Origin: Thermoplasmata archaeon
Lineage (GTDB): Archaea; Thermoplasmatota; Thermoplasmata; RBG-16-68-12; JAJISG01
Assembly: GCA_046758325.1 (NCBI GenBank)
Contig: JBHHZZ010000004.1
Coordinates: 18,035 to 82,034 of the forward strand
DNA length: 64,000 nt
Direction: 5' to 3'
Shown here: piece after piece, positions 9,986 to 18,932 of the stretch
Layout of the letters: the number at the start of each line of letters is the position of its first letter
Position numbering within the stretch: position 1 is the first letter of the stretch
Notes under the pieces: generated by a model
The model's input: the letters and a program-made list of their open reading frames with translations, nothing else
Databases searched by the model: none
What the model was told of the DNA's origin: nothing
Program-made: the position numbers and the translations under genes

Positions 9986-10549
9986 TTAGTCCTCCTCTGA
10001 AGTGACCTGGGTGAGCCGTTCGGCGACGATACGCCTGGCAAGGCTCGTGAAGGCGTCCTCCACGTTCTCCCCCGTCTTGGCGCTGGTAAAGTGCCAAGGC
10101 GAGTCGTAGGCTTTGGAGAACTGCTCCACCTCTCCTTCCCCAATATCCATCTTGTCCTTGAGGTCAACCTTGTTGGCAAAAATCTCTATGGGGATTCGAC
10201 CGGTGACGCTGTAGACGCCCTCGATCCAATCGTCTAGGTCGTCCAAGGTGTTCCTCCTGGTGACGTCGCACACTGCGATGATGCCCTTGGCACCGTAGAA
10301 GTAGGCCTCCTTCAGGAGCTCGCGAAAGCCCTTCTGACCCATGATGTCCCAGACGGTCATGTCGACCCTTATCCTCCCATCCTCAGGGGGCAAGTCGACG
10401 ACGGTCTCCTTCTTGGAGACCTTTGTCCCGAGGGTCTGAATGTACTTGTCATCGAAGTCGTCGTGGACAAACCGGCGGATGAGGCTCGTCTTTCCGACGG
10501 CCGCCTCCCCTACGAGGCACACCTTCATCTTCATTCTCTTGGCTTCCAT
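9986..10549 (-). CDS. Rab/Ras-like small GTPase (paralog 1)
   Basis: GEAAVGKT, YIQTLG, WDIMGQ, NKVD, TSAKTG; alternative start 10558. Confidence 0.92.
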   Translation of the reverse strand: MEAKRMKMKVCLVGEAAVGKTSLIRRFVHDDFDDKYIQTLGTKVSKKETVVDLPPEDGRIRVDMTVWDIMGQKGFRELLKEAYFYGAKGIIAVCDVTRRNTLDDLDDWIEGVYSVTGRIPIEIFANKVDLKDKMDIGEGEVEQFSKAYDSPWHFTSAKTGENVEDAFTSLARRIVAERLTQVTSEED

Positions 10550-10578
10550 GAGCCTCATTTTCCAACGTCGTCGAACCG

Positions 10579-10687
10579 CATATAAACGTTGGGCTTGTGT
10601 TATCAGAGGCGATAGCTGGGTTCCCTTTCAGGGGGAGGCAGGCCACCAAGTTATCCTGACGATTACTGAAAAGACAATGGTTATATA
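10579..10687. promoter_or_regulatory. Divergent archaeal promoters for the GTPase cluster (-) and r-protein operon (+)
   Basis: TTTATATG on - strand at 10579-10586; TTATATA on + strand at 10681-10687 with purine-rich BRE-like sequence upstream. Confidence 0.65.
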
Positions 10688-10710
10688 GGGCCGCTATCTT
10701 CAAAGCCAAC

Positions 10711-10830
10711 GGGCAGGGTCAGACGCCATGGGAAAGCTGGCCCCAGCAATGCGGCCCGAAACTTCTGGGCTGCGGGAAGCGTCACGACCTCGCCGTGGAA
10801 GGCCTGATCCTCTCACATCGGAGATGACAT
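10711..10830 (+). promoter_or_regulatory. Structured 5' leader of the rpl3 operon (candidate r-leader)
   Basis: Nested pairings 10715-22/10804-11, 10726-31/10793-98; hairpins 10736-47 and 10751-73. Confidence 0.5.
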
Positions 10831-11832
10831 ATGCCTAAGACACGCAAGCCCAGACATGGCTCCATGGCTTACTCGCCCCGCAAGAGGGCCAGGAAAGAGG
10901 TCCCTCACTTCACCTCCTGGCCCGAGATTAGCGACGGCCCTAAGCTCCAATCCTTCGCTGGATACAAGGCCGGGATGACCCATGTCCTCATGACGGACTT
11001 CAACCCCAACACCACCACTGCAGGCCAGGAGATTCAGGTGCCCGTAACCGTCGTGGAGGTCCCTCCCATGCGAGGGGCGGCTGTTCGTCTCTATCGGGAG
11101 AGCCCCGAGGGCCTGAAGGCGTATGGGGAGGTATGGGAGGCGCGCCTGGACAGGGAGCTGGCGGCCAGGTTGCCTCTTCCCAAGGGATACGATCCGGAAA
11201 AGGTCTGGCGTCGGTTTGACGCTGAGAAGGTCGACGAGGTAAGGGTCCTCACATACACCCAGCCGAAACTGGTGAAGGGCATTCCCAAGAAGGTGCCAGA
11301 CCTGATGGAGACGAGAATCGGTGGAGGGACCATCGAGGACAGGATCGAGTACGCCAAGGGTATCCTGGGTAAGGAGGTCACCGTGCGGAACTTTGCAGGG
11401 GAGGGTCAGCTGGTGGATGTGGCAGCCGTCACGAAGGGGAAGGGCTTTCAGGGCGCCGTCAAGCGGTGGGGCATAAAGATCCTGAGCCACAAGGACAGCA
11501 AGATCAGGCGCAGGGTCGGGACTCTAGGTACCTTCAAGCCCGGATACACGCGGCCCACCGTACCCCAGGCAGGTCAGATGGGGTACCACCAGAGGACGGA
11601 GTTCAACAAGCTCATCTTGAGGATAGGGGATGATGGGTCAGAGATAACGCCCCAGGGAGGTTTCCTGAGGTACGGGGAGGTGAGGAACACCTATCTCCTA
11701 ATCAAGGGCTCCATACCGGGGCCGTGCAAGCGGCTCGTGAGGTTCCGTGATCCCATGAGGGCGGATAGGGCGAAGATGGTAGAACAGCCAGATCTTACCT
11801 ACGTCTCCCTCACGTCGAGGCAAGGTGCGTAA
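10831..11832 (+). CDS. rpl3: 50S ribosomal protein uL3
   Basis: PRHGSMAYSPRKRA, GYKAGMTH, TKGKGFQGAVKRWG, GQMGYHQRTE. Confidence 0.98.
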   Translation: MPKTRKPRHGSMAYSPRKRARKEVPHFTSWPEISDGPKLQSFAGYKAGMTHVLMTDFNPNTTTAGQEIQVPVTVVEVPPMRGAAVRLYRESPEGLKAYGEVWEARLDRELAARLPLPKGYDPEKVWRRFDAEKVDEVRVLTYTQPKLVKGIPKKVPDLMETRIGGGTIEDRIEYAKGILGKEVTVRNFAGEGQLVDVAAVTKGKGFQGAVKRWGIKILSHKDSKIRRRVGTLGTFKPGYTRPTVPQAGQMGYHQRTEFNKLILRIGDDGSEITPQGGFLRYGEVRNTYLLIKGSIPGPCKRLVRFRDPMRADRAKMVEQPDLTYVSLTSRQGA

Positions 11833-11833
11833 C

Positions 11834-12817
11834 GTGGTAGAAAAGCCCGAGGACAAGGAGGAGATGCCTCAGATCAAGCCGAAGGACGTAAGGAGGGCTA
11901 GGAAAGCCCAGCTACAGGAGTGGTGCGAGGCCTTCGGCCTGGACTCCTCGGGCAAAGTGGATGACCTCAGGAAGCGGCTCATAGCCTTCCTGGAGTCGGA
12001 GGAGTACCTGCTCCTGGAAGAGGAGGAGGCCCCCGAGCTGCCAGAGCGGGAAGAGGGCCAGGCATACCTCTACTCCATGGAGGGCAAGATCCTCCACGTT
12101 CTCGACCTTCCTCGGGTCTTCAGGTCAGATGTGCGGACTGACCTCATCAAGCGAGCCGTGGATGCCTTTCGCGCCAACAGGAGGCAGCCCTATGGCCCCG
12201 GCCCCGCCGCGGGGTTGAGGCACTCGGTCTCCTGGTGGGGGAAGGGCCGGGGCGTCTCGAGGGTTCCGAGGCTCAAGGACAGCCGCCGGGCCGCCCAGGC
12301 TCCCGGGACTGTTGGCGGCAGGAGGGCCCATCCCCCCCGTCCGGAGCGTGACTGGAGCAAGAAGCTGAACAGGAAGGAGAGGAGGCTAGCTCGAGCCGCC
12401 GCCCTGGCGGCCACAGCGGATACCACTCTCGTCACGCAACGGGGTCACCGATTCCGGGGAGACCTCTCCCTCCCGGTGGTTCTGGAGGCCAAGGTGGAGG
12501 GGCTGGAGAGCACAAAGGAGGCGGTGGACGTATTGCAGAGGCTCGGCCTCAGCGAGGATGTGGAGAGGTCCGCCAGAAAGAAGGTCAGGGCCGGCAGGGG
12601 GAAGATGAGGGGTCGTCGGTATCGCAGGAAGAAGGGCCCTCTGGTGGTCCTCTCCAACGGCTGCCCAGGGGGCAGGGCCTTCGGGAACCTCCCAGGGGTG
12701 GATGTGGTGGACCCCTCGGGCCTCAATGCTGAGGTCCTCGCCCCCGGCGGAGTCCCTGGGAGGCTTACTATCATTAGCGAGAAGGCCCTTGAGGAGCTTA
12801 GGAGTTGGTCGTCATGA
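11834..12817 (+). CDS. rpl4: 50S ribosomal protein uL4 with N-terminal SAP-like extension
   Basis: WGKGRGVSRVPR, PGTVGGRRAHPP, LAPGGVPGRL; start GTG 11834 or ATG 11864. Confidence 0.96.
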   Translation: MVEKPEDKEEMPQIKPKDVRRARKAQLQEWCEAFGLDSSGKVDDLRKRLIAFLESEEYLLLEEEEAPELPEREEGQAYLYSMEGKILHVLDLPRVFRSDVRTDLIKRAVDAFRANRRQPYGPGPAAGLRHSVSWWGKGRGVSRVPRLKDSRRAAQAPGTVGGRRAHPPRPERDWSKKLNRKERRLARAAALAATADTTLVTQRGHRFRGDLSLPVVLEAKVEGLESTKEAVDVLQRLGLSEDVERSARKKVRAGRGKMRGRRYRRKKGPLVVLSNGCPGGRAFGNLPGVDVVDPSGLNAEVLAPGGVPGRLTIISEKALEELRSWSS

Positions 12818-13098
12818 TAGACCCCCACGAAATCCTCCTGTACCCGGTGGTGACAGAGAAGTCCCTCAACCTTCTCTCTGGCACCGCTGCCCAGAACTTC
12901 AGGGATGGCAACAAGCTAGAGTTCGTCGTGAAGAGGGATGCCACCGCGACAGACATAAGGGAAGCCTTCGAGAAGCTCTTCGAGGCCAAAGTAGAAAAGG
13001 TAAACACCCATATCAAGAGAGACGGAAAGCATGCGATCATCAAGCTCAAGGAGGACTACTCGGCCGAGGAAATCGGGATGCGGATAGGGATCTTCTAG
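12814..13098 (+). CDS. rpl23: 50S ribosomal protein uL23
   Basis: PVVTEKS, NKLEFVV, KVEKVNT, KHAIIKL. Confidence 0.96.
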   Translation: MIDPHEILLYPVVTEKSLNLLSGTAAQNFRDGNKLEFVVKRDATATDIREAFEKLFEAKVEKVNTHIKRDGKHAIIKLKEDYSAEEIGMRIGIF

Positions 13099-13106
13099 GC
13101 GATGCC

Positions 13107-13802
13107 ATGGGCAAGAACATCATATCTCAGAGGAGAGGAAAGGGGTCGTCGACCTTCAGATCCCCCAGCCACAGGCATCTGGGCCCTGTGACCTTCCCGC
13201 CCATCGAGCAGGCCAGGGGCGTGGTGCAAGAGATCCTTCACGCTCCTGGGAGGTCTGCACCCCTGGCCCGGGTCAGGTTCGAGGGGGGCGAGTTCCTCAT
13301 GATAGCTCCTGACGGGATGTACGTGGGCCAGGAGGTTTCCATCGGTCCCGGCAGTATAGAGAGGGGCAACGTGATGGAAATCGGGAAGATGCCTGAGGGA
13401 ACCCTCATCTATAACATCGAGGCGAAGCCAGGCGATGGAGGTAAACTCTGCAGGGCCGCCGGCTCCTCTGGAGTGATCATCACCCAGGGAGAGCGGACGG
13501 TGGTCCAGATACCCTCGGGGGAGTTCAAGCCCCTGAACCCCAAGTGCAGGGCCCAGATAGGGGTCGTGGCCGGCTCGGGGCACAAGGATAAGCCTTACGC
13601 CAAGGCCGGCAAGAAGATAATGGCGCTGGCCAGCAAGTCCAAGGAGCCCTTCAAGGTACGGGGCGTGGCCATGAACGCCGTCAGCCATCCCCACGGTGGT
13701 GGGGGCCACCAGCACGTGGGCAGGCCCAGCACAGTCTCCCGTAACGCTCCACCAGGCAGGAAAGTAGGTAGGCTTTCGCCCAAGAGAAAGAAGAGGAAGT
13801 GA
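13107..13802 (+). CDS. rpl2: 50S ribosomal protein uL2
   Basis: [37 protein letters not shown]. Confidence 0.98.
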   Translation: MGKNIISQRRGKGSSTFRSPSHRHLGPVTFPPIEQARGVVQEILHAPGRSAPLARVRFEGGEFLMIAPDGMYVGQEVSIGPGSIERGNVMEIGKMPEGTLIYNIEAKPGDGGKLCRAAGSSGVIITQGERTVVQIPSGEFKPLNPKCRAQIGVVAGSGHKDKPYAKAGKKIMALASKSKEPFKVRGVAMNAVSHPHGGGGHQHVGRPSTVSRNAPPGRKVGRLSPKRKKRK

Positions 13803-14266
13803 TAGAGGTGCCTAAGAAGGGTGGATCGGCCAAGGCCGCGAGGCGGCGGGCGAGGAAGAGGGCGGGTGCAGCTGAGGCCCGGAGGAAGAGGGAGTTTGCA
13901 TATCGAGGATTCTCCTTGGAGGAGCTCCAAGCCATGAGCCTTGAGGAACTTCTACGCCTTATGCCCTCCCGGGTGAGGAGAACCTACTCCCGAGGGCTCT
14001 CCGAGGAGCATCGGATCGTCGTGGAGAAGCTTCGGAGGTCGGAGAGTAAGGTTGTGAGGACCCACCGGCGAGACATCCCAATATTGCCCTACTTCGTGGG
14101 CAAGAAAGTGTCGGTCCACAATGGAAGGGGGTTCGTGACCTTTGAGATCAAGCCGGAGATGATCGGCCACTACCTGGGAGAGTTCGCGTTGACCCGCAAG
14201 CCCGTGGAGCACTCGGGTCCTGGGGTCGGAGCGACGAGGTCCTCCAAGTTCCTACCCCTGAAGTAG
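13799..14266 (+). CDS. rps19: 30S ribosomal protein uS19
   Basis: [38 protein letters not shown]. Confidence 0.97.
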   Translation: MIEVPKKGGSAKAARRRARKRAGAAEARRKREFAYRGFSLEELQAMSLEELLRLMPSRVRRTYSRGLSEEHRIVVEKLRRSESKVVRTHRRDIPILPYFVGKKVSVHNGRGFVTFEIKPEMIGHYLGEFALTRKPVEHSGPGVGATRSSKFLPLK

Positions 14267-14275
14267 AGGTGAGAA

Positions 14276-14719
14276 ATGGGCTACTCCATGCAGGTGGACG
14301 AGGAGACGACGGCGAAGGCCTACGGCAAGGAGCTGCCGATCTCTCCCAAAAAGGCCCGGGAGGTGTGCCGGGCCATACGCAGGAAGCCCATTGCAGAGGC
14401 AAAGGAAATTCTTGAGGGCATCATCGAGGGGCGGAGGGCAATCCACTATGCGAGATACAGCAAGGAGGTGGCCCACAAGCCCGGCCTAGGTTCGGGAGGT
14501 TATCCCGTAAAAGTGGCCAAGTACATCCTGAGGTTGCTGGAGAACGCGGAGGAGAACGCAGAGTACAAGGGACTGGATTCCGAGAGTATGGTGGTCCACC
14601 ACATTTCCGCCTATAGGGGAAGCCCGACGAAGTCCTACAGGCCCAGGGCCTACGGGAGGAGTGCCCCCTGGGTGAAGGAAGCCACCAACGTGGAGGTCAT
14701 CCTCAGGGAGGTCGAGTAG
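14276..14719 (+). CDS. rpl22: 50S ribosomal protein uL22
   Basis: ISPKKAREVC, YPVK, NAEENAEYKGLD, PRAYGR. Confidence 0.97.
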   Translation: MGYSMQVDEETTAKAYGKELPISPKKAREVCRAIRRKPIAEAKEILEGIIEGRRAIHYARYSKEVAHKPGLGSGGYPVKVAKYILRLLENAEENAEYKGLDSESMVVHHISAYRGSPTKSYRPRAYGRSAPWVKEATNVEVILREVE

Positions 14720-15606
14720 TGGCGGGAGAGAGGAAGATAGTGGCCGACAATCTCAAGAGGGTCCTCCTGAAGGAGTACATGATGAAGGAGACGGAGAGGG
14801 CGGGCTTCGGCGGTCTGGATATCCAGAGGACTCCCATGGGCACGCGCATCACCCTCTTCGCCGAGAGGCCAGGCATCGTGATAGGAAGGCGAGGGGCGAG
14901 CATCAAGGAGTTGACGCTCGCCATCGACCGGAACTTCGAGCTGGACAACCCTCAGATAGAGGTGGAGGAGGTAGAGAATCCGGCCCTCAACGCCCAGATC
15001 ATGGCCGAGAAGCTCTCCAGCGCCCTGGAGAGGGGATGGCACTTCCGCCGGGCAGGCCATTCGACCCTACGGCGCATTATGGAGTCCGGGGCCAAGGGCG
15101 CTCTGATAAAGATTTCGGGAAAGCTGACGAGCCAGAGGCACCGCACGCAGAAGTTCAAGGCAGGCCACATAAAGTACTGCGGTGAACCGAAGAACCTGTT
15201 CGTCGGGGTGGGCTTCGCCACGGCCAAGCTGAAGCAGGGTGTCATAGGCGTCACGGTCTGGATCACGGATCCCAATGCCAAGCTGCCGGATGAGATCGAG
15301 GTCATGGCCCCCGTGAAGGTGGAGGAGGCCCCTGTCGCTGAGGCGAAGGCCGAGGCGGGGGAGGCCATGGTAGAAGCTGCCAAGGTCCTCAAGAGAGTGA
15401 AGAAGGTTACGGAACAGAAGCCCTTAGGCCCGGCGGAGAAGAAGCTCAAGAGGCTGAAGAGGGTCGTGGAGGAGCTGGGGGAAGAGGTAGAGCTGGTCCC
15501 CGACGAGGAGGCCGAGGTTGAGGAACCTGATGAGGATCTCGAGCCTGAAGAAGAGGAAGCATCCGATCAGGAGGAAGAGGAGGCATCTGATCAGGAGGAG
15601 AAGTAG
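14719..15606 (+). CDS. rps3: 30S ribosomal protein uS3 with long acidic C-terminal tail
   Basis: RPGIVIGRRG KH motif, ERGWHFRRAG, GKL..QR, GVIGV. Confidence 0.97.
   Translation: MAGERKIVADNLKRVLLKEYMMKETERAGFGGLDIQRTPMGTRITLFAERPGIVIGRRGASIKELTLAIDRNFELDNPQIEVEEVENPALNAQIMAEKLSSALERGWHFRRAGHSTLRRIMESGAKGALIKISGKLTSQRHRTQKFKAGHIKYCGEPKNLFVGVGFATAKLKQGVIGVTVWITDPNAKLPDEIEVMAPVKVEEAPVAEAKAEAGEAMVEAAKVLKRVKKVTEQKPLGPAEKKLKRLKRVVEELGEEVELVPDEEAEVEEPDEDLEPEEEEASDQEEEEASDQEEK
15547..15594 (+). repeat. Two imperfect 24-nt tandem units encoding EEEEASDQ in the uS3 tail
   Basis: gaagaagaggaagcatccgatcag / gaggaagaggaggcatctgatcag. Confidence 0.8.
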
Positions 15607-15607
15607 G

Positions 15608-15859
15608 ATGGCCTTGCTGAAGGTACAGGAGATCAAGGAGATGAATCCCGAAGAGAGGCTGTCCAAGTTGAAGGAGCTCCGGGATGAGCTGATGTACGAG
15701 CGGGGTGTGGCAGCCATGGGTGGCGCCCCTCCCAGCCCGGGCAAGATGAGGGCCCTCAGAAAGAACATCTCGAGGATACTCACGGTCCTCTCTGAAGAGA
15801 GAAAACTGGAAGGAGTGAAGGACGCCGTGAAGCAAGGCATCCAGGAGGAAACGGGCTAG
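15608..15859 (+). CDS. rpl29: 50S ribosomal protein uL29
   Basis: EIKEMNPEER..KLKELRDEL, GGAPPSPGKMRALRKNISRILT. Confidence 0.95.
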   Translation: MALLKVQEIKEMNPEERLSKLKELRDELMYERGVAAMGGAPPSPGKMRALRKNISRILTVLSEERKLEGVKDAVKQGIQEETG

Positions 15860-16156
15860 ATGGCGATCTGCTCAACCTGCGGGCTTCCCGAGGAGCTCTG
15901 CATCTGCGAGGAGATCGCCAAGGAGACACAGCGGATAAGAATAACGAGTGACAGGCGACGGTACGGGAAGGTGGTGACTATTGTCGAGGGTCTCGACGCC
16001 AGCGATGTCGATCTGGAGGAACTGGCCAGGACCCTCAAGACAAAGGTCGCCGCTGGAGGGACCGTCAAGAACGGCAGAATCGAACTGCAGGGAGAGCACA
16101 GGAAGAAGGTTGAACAGACCCTTAGGGAGCTGGGCTACAACGTTGAGGTCAGGTGA
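15860..16156 (+). CDS. Translation initiation factor aIF1 (SUI1 homolog)
   Basis: [14 protein letters not shown] Zn knuckle, [20 protein letters not shown]. Confidence 0.96.
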   Translation: MAICSTCGLPEELCICEEIAKETQRIRITSDRRRYGKVVTIVEGLDASDVDLEELARTLKTKVAAGGTVKNGRIELQGEHRKKVEQTLRELGYNVEVR

Positions 16157-16157
16157 T

Positions 16158-16427
16158 GTAACTAGGAGTCGCAGGAAGTACTTGGCAAAGCACGAGCTGA
16201 TAGGCTTGGAGGTTCAAGTGGCGGACGCCACGGATCCAAGCCACCGCGGCATTCAAGGCCGCGTGGTGGACGAGACCCGCAACACCCTGGTCCTAGAGGG
16301 TTCCGGCGGGGAAATTATCCTTCCAAAGAAGGGGTCAGTGTTCCTCTTCCGCCTAGACGAGGATGTGCTTATCGAGGGAAACCGGCTGCTCCACAGGCCC
16401 ATGGACAGGGTGAAGAAAGCGAGGTGA
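16158..16427 (+). CDS. rnp1: Ribonuclease P protein component 1 (Rpp29/Pop4)
   Basis: HELIGLEV, G.QGRVVDETRNT, PKKGSVF, G..L.HRP.DR; start uncertain (first canonical codon is TTG 16182). Confidence 0.9.
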   Translation, partial: VTRSRRKYLAKHELIGLEVQVADATDPSHRGIQGRVVDETRNTLVLEGSGGEIILPKKGSVFLFRLDEDVLIEGNRLLHRPMDRVKKAR

Positions 16428-16431
16428 TGAA

Positions 16432-16764
16432 ACGGTTCGAAAGGCGAGGGACATAGGGCTTGGCGTGCCCCCACCGTCCAAGGAGTGTGACGATCAGAAA
16501 TGTCCCTTTCACGGCCATCTCAGGGTTCGCGGCCAGCTTCTGGAGGGCAAGATTGTGTCCGACAGGATGCAGCGGACCGTGACCGTCCAGAGGAACTATC
16601 AGAGGCTCATCCCGAAGTACGAGAGGTTCGAGAAGAGGAGATCGAAGTACAAGGCCCACGTCCCTCCATGCATGAATGTAAAGCTCGGGGACCAGGTTCT
16701 CATCGGAGAGTGCAGGCCCCTGGGCAAGACGGTCTCCTTCGTGGTGGTCGCTAAGAGGGGGTGA
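16432..16764 (+). CDS. rps17: 30S ribosomal protein uS17 (probable ACG start)
   Basis: [37 protein letters not shown]; conserved RDIGL lies upstream of the first canonical codon (GTG 16465). Confidence 0.95.
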   Translation, partial: TVRKARDIGLGVPPPSKECDDQKCPFHGHLRVRGQLLEGKIVSDRMQRTVTVQRNYQRLIPKYERFEKRRSKYKAHVPPCMNVKLGDQVLIGECRPLGKTVSFVVVAKRG

Positions 16765-16768
16765 TGGG

Positions 16769-17167
16769 TTGAAGGGACTCCCGGGAAGACAGACAAGGGG
16801 CCTCCCCACGGGGGCGAGACTCGTATGCATCGACAACACTGGGGCCAAGCAGGTAGAGATCATAGCGGTTCTAGGATACAAAGGCGTCAGGAGGAGGTAT
16901 CCGAGCGCCGCCCTGGGGGATATCGTCGTGGGGAGTGTGAAGAAGGGTAGCCCCGAGATGAGAAAACAGATCGTGAACGCCGTCATAGTGAGGCAGAGGA
17001 GACCCTTCCGGCGACCTGACGGCCTCGTCGTCCAGTTCGAGGACAACGCCTGCGTAATAACCACGGAGACGGGGGAGGCCAAGGGGTCGGACATCAAGGG
17101 ACCCGTAGCGCGAGAGGCAGCCGAGCGGTGGCCCAGAATAGCCGCGACGGCCTCCATGATCGTCTAG
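16769..17167 (+). CDS. rpl14: 50S ribosomal protein uL14
   Basis: [33 protein letters not shown]. Confidence 0.98.
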   Translation: MKGLPGRQTRGLPTGARLVCIDNTGAKQVEIIAVLGYKGVRRRYPSAALGDIVVGSVKKGSPEMRKQIVNAVIVRQRRPFRRPDGLVVQFEDNACVITTETGEAKGSDIKGPVAREAAERWPRIAATASMIV

Positions 17168-17175
17168 GTGATGGA

Positions 17176-17553
17176 ATGGCGAAGAGCAGGAAGCCGCGAA
17201 AGCAGAGGAAGCGGGCATACGAGAGCCCCCACCATAGGCGGGGTAGGCTTCTATCGGCCCACCTGAGCCCCAAGTACCTGGAGGACACCAAGGTCCGCTA
17301 TCCCAGGTCCCTCCCCATACGGGAGGGGGATACCGTGGTCGTGATGAGAGGCTCCCAAAAGGGGCACGAGGGTAAGGTCGCCCGGGTGGACCACAGGGGG
17401 ATTCGGGTATACGTCGAGGGTGTGACCACCACAAAGGCCGACGGGACCGAGGTTGGCAAGCCCATCCACCCCTCCAACCTGATGATAACCAAGCTCGACA
17501 TGACGGACCCTTGGAGGAGGAAACTCATCGAAAGGGCCGGGGGTGAATCATGA
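17176..17553 (+). CDS. rpl24: 50S ribosomal protein uL24
   Basis: PRKQRK, GDTVVVMRG KOW motif, IHPSNLMITKL. Confidence 0.97.
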   Translation: MAKSRKPRKQRKRAYESPHHRRGRLLSAHLSPKYLEDTKVRYPRSLPIREGDTVVVMRGSQKGHEGKVARVDHRGIRVYVEGVTTTKADGTEVGKPIHPSNLMITKLDMTDPWRRKLIERAGGES

Positions 17554-18266
17554 CGAGGTTGAAGAGGCTGGCCGCACCGAGGGCCTGGAGCATACCGAGG
17601 AAGGGACTCAAATGGGTCGTCAGGCCATCCCCAGGACCCCATCCCCTGCATCGCTGCATTCCCCTCCTGATAGTCCTCCGGGACATGCTTCGCTACTGTG
17701 ACAACGCCAGGGAGGCCAAGGGGGTCATCCGCTCCAAGAAGGTCTTGGTGGATAACCGCCCCGTGAGGGACCCAGGCTTTGCCGTGGGCCTTATGGACAC
17801 TGTCTCCCTCCCAGATGCGGGGGAGCACTACCGGGTCCTCCTGGACACCCGGGGCAGGTTCCGCCTGGTTCCCCTCACAGAGAAGGATGCCCAGTGGAAG
17901 CTGGCCAGGATAGAGAACAAGACCGTCGTCAGGGGGGGCCGAATACAGCTGAACCTCTCCGACGGGAGGAACATGCTTGTGGAGGAGGCCCACAGTACGA
18001 AGGATACGCTGAAGGTGGCCCTCCCGAATCAAGAGATCATGGATGTCCTCACCCTCAAGAAGGGCAGCGTGGCCCTCCTGACGGGGGGCAAACACGTGGG
18101 CCAGCTGGGTCGTGTGGAGGAGGTGGTGTTGGAGCGAAGTTCCAGGCCAAATGTGGTAAAGTTTAAGGAGGGTTTCTCCACTGTTTTGGATTACGTATTC
18201 ATCGTGGGGAAGCAGAAGCCCCTGATTGCGCTCCCTGAGAGCGTGGCTACGCGAGTGGTCCCATGA
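17550..18266 (+). CDS. rps4e: 30S ribosomal protein eS4
   Basis: LKRLAAPRAW, PSPGPH, GLMD, QLNLSDGRN, GGKHVG. Confidence 0.97.
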   Translation: MTRLKRLAAPRAWSIPRKGLKWVVRPSPGPHPLHRCIPLLIVLRDMLRYCDNAREAKGVIRSKKVLVDNRPVRDPGFAVGLMDTVSLPDAGEHYRVLLDTRGRFRLVPLTEKDAQWKLARIENKTVVRGGRIQLNLSDGRNMLVEEAHSTKDTLKVALPNQEIMDVLTLKKGSVALLTGGKHVGQLGRVEEVVLERSSRPNVVKFKEGFSTVLDYVFIVGKQKPLIALPESVATRVVP

Positions 18267-18769
18267 ATTCAATGCGGCAGATCAGAATCGAAAAGGTGGT
18301 CGTCAATATCGGCGTAGGCGAGGCAGGAGACAAGCTGCTGAAGGCCCAGAAGGTACTGGAAATGCTCGCTGGCCAGCGTGCCATTCAGACCCTTTCCAAG
18401 AAGACCAACAGGGACTGGGGCATCAGGAAGGGCATGCCCATCGGCACCAAGGTCACGCTGAGGGGTGAGAGCGCGGAGAAGTTCCTCCGAGAGGCTCTGT
18501 GGGCTAGGAACAACGTGCTGAATGGCTACAACTTCGACCCCGAGGGCAACTTCTCCTTCGGGATTGTGGACTATACGGATTTCAAGGGGATGAAGTACGA
18601 CCCCGAGATAGGCCTCTTCGGCATGGACGTGAACGTCGTCCTCCAGAGGGCCGGGTACAGAATCGCCAGGAGGCGCATCAAGAGAAACAGGGTGCCCCGG
18701 AGACATCGGGTGAACAAGGAAGAGGCGATCAGCTTCGTGAAGGACAGATTCCAGGTCGAGGTGCGGTGA
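18263..18769 (+). CDS. rpl5: 50S ribosomal protein uL5
   Basis: [39 protein letters not shown]. Confidence 0.97.
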   Translation: MNSMRQIRIEKVVVNIGVGEAGDKLLKAQKVLEMLAGQRAIQTLSKKTNRDWGIRKGMPIGTKVTLRGESAEKFLREALWARNNVLNGYNFDPEGNFSFGIVDYTDFKGMKYDPEIGLFGMDVNVVLQRAGYRIARRRIKRNRVPRRHRVNKEEAISFVKDRFQVEVR

Positions 18770-18924
18770 CGGCTGTGGTGAGTACCCGGAAGCAGTTCGG
18801 CAGAAAGAGGGGATGCCAGCGGTGCGGCAGGAGGCGGGGGATCGTCCGCCGGTACGGCCTTCACCTCTGTCGCCAGTGCTTCCGCGAAATGGCCTTCGAA
18901 CTCGGCTTCAGGAAGTACTCCTAG
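18766..18924 (+). CDS. rps14: 30S ribosomal protein uS14 (Zn-binding type)
   Basis: Manual translation ..[45 protein letters not shown]; absent from the ORF track (<60 aa); start GTG 18766 or 18775. Confidence 0.96.
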   Translation: MTAVVSTRKQFGRKRGCQRCGRRRGIVRRYGLHLCRQCFREMAFELGFRKYS

Positions 18925-18932
18925 GTGGTTTT

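Noticed and set aside
9919-10179. Long N-terminal extension of GTPase 2 in the ORF track
   Set aside because: Alternative-frame overlap with GTPase 1; paralog alignment places the start at 9918
12702-13106. Apparent 135-aa N-terminal extension on uL2
   Set aside because: Off-frame read-through of rpl4/rpl23; canonical MGK start at 13107
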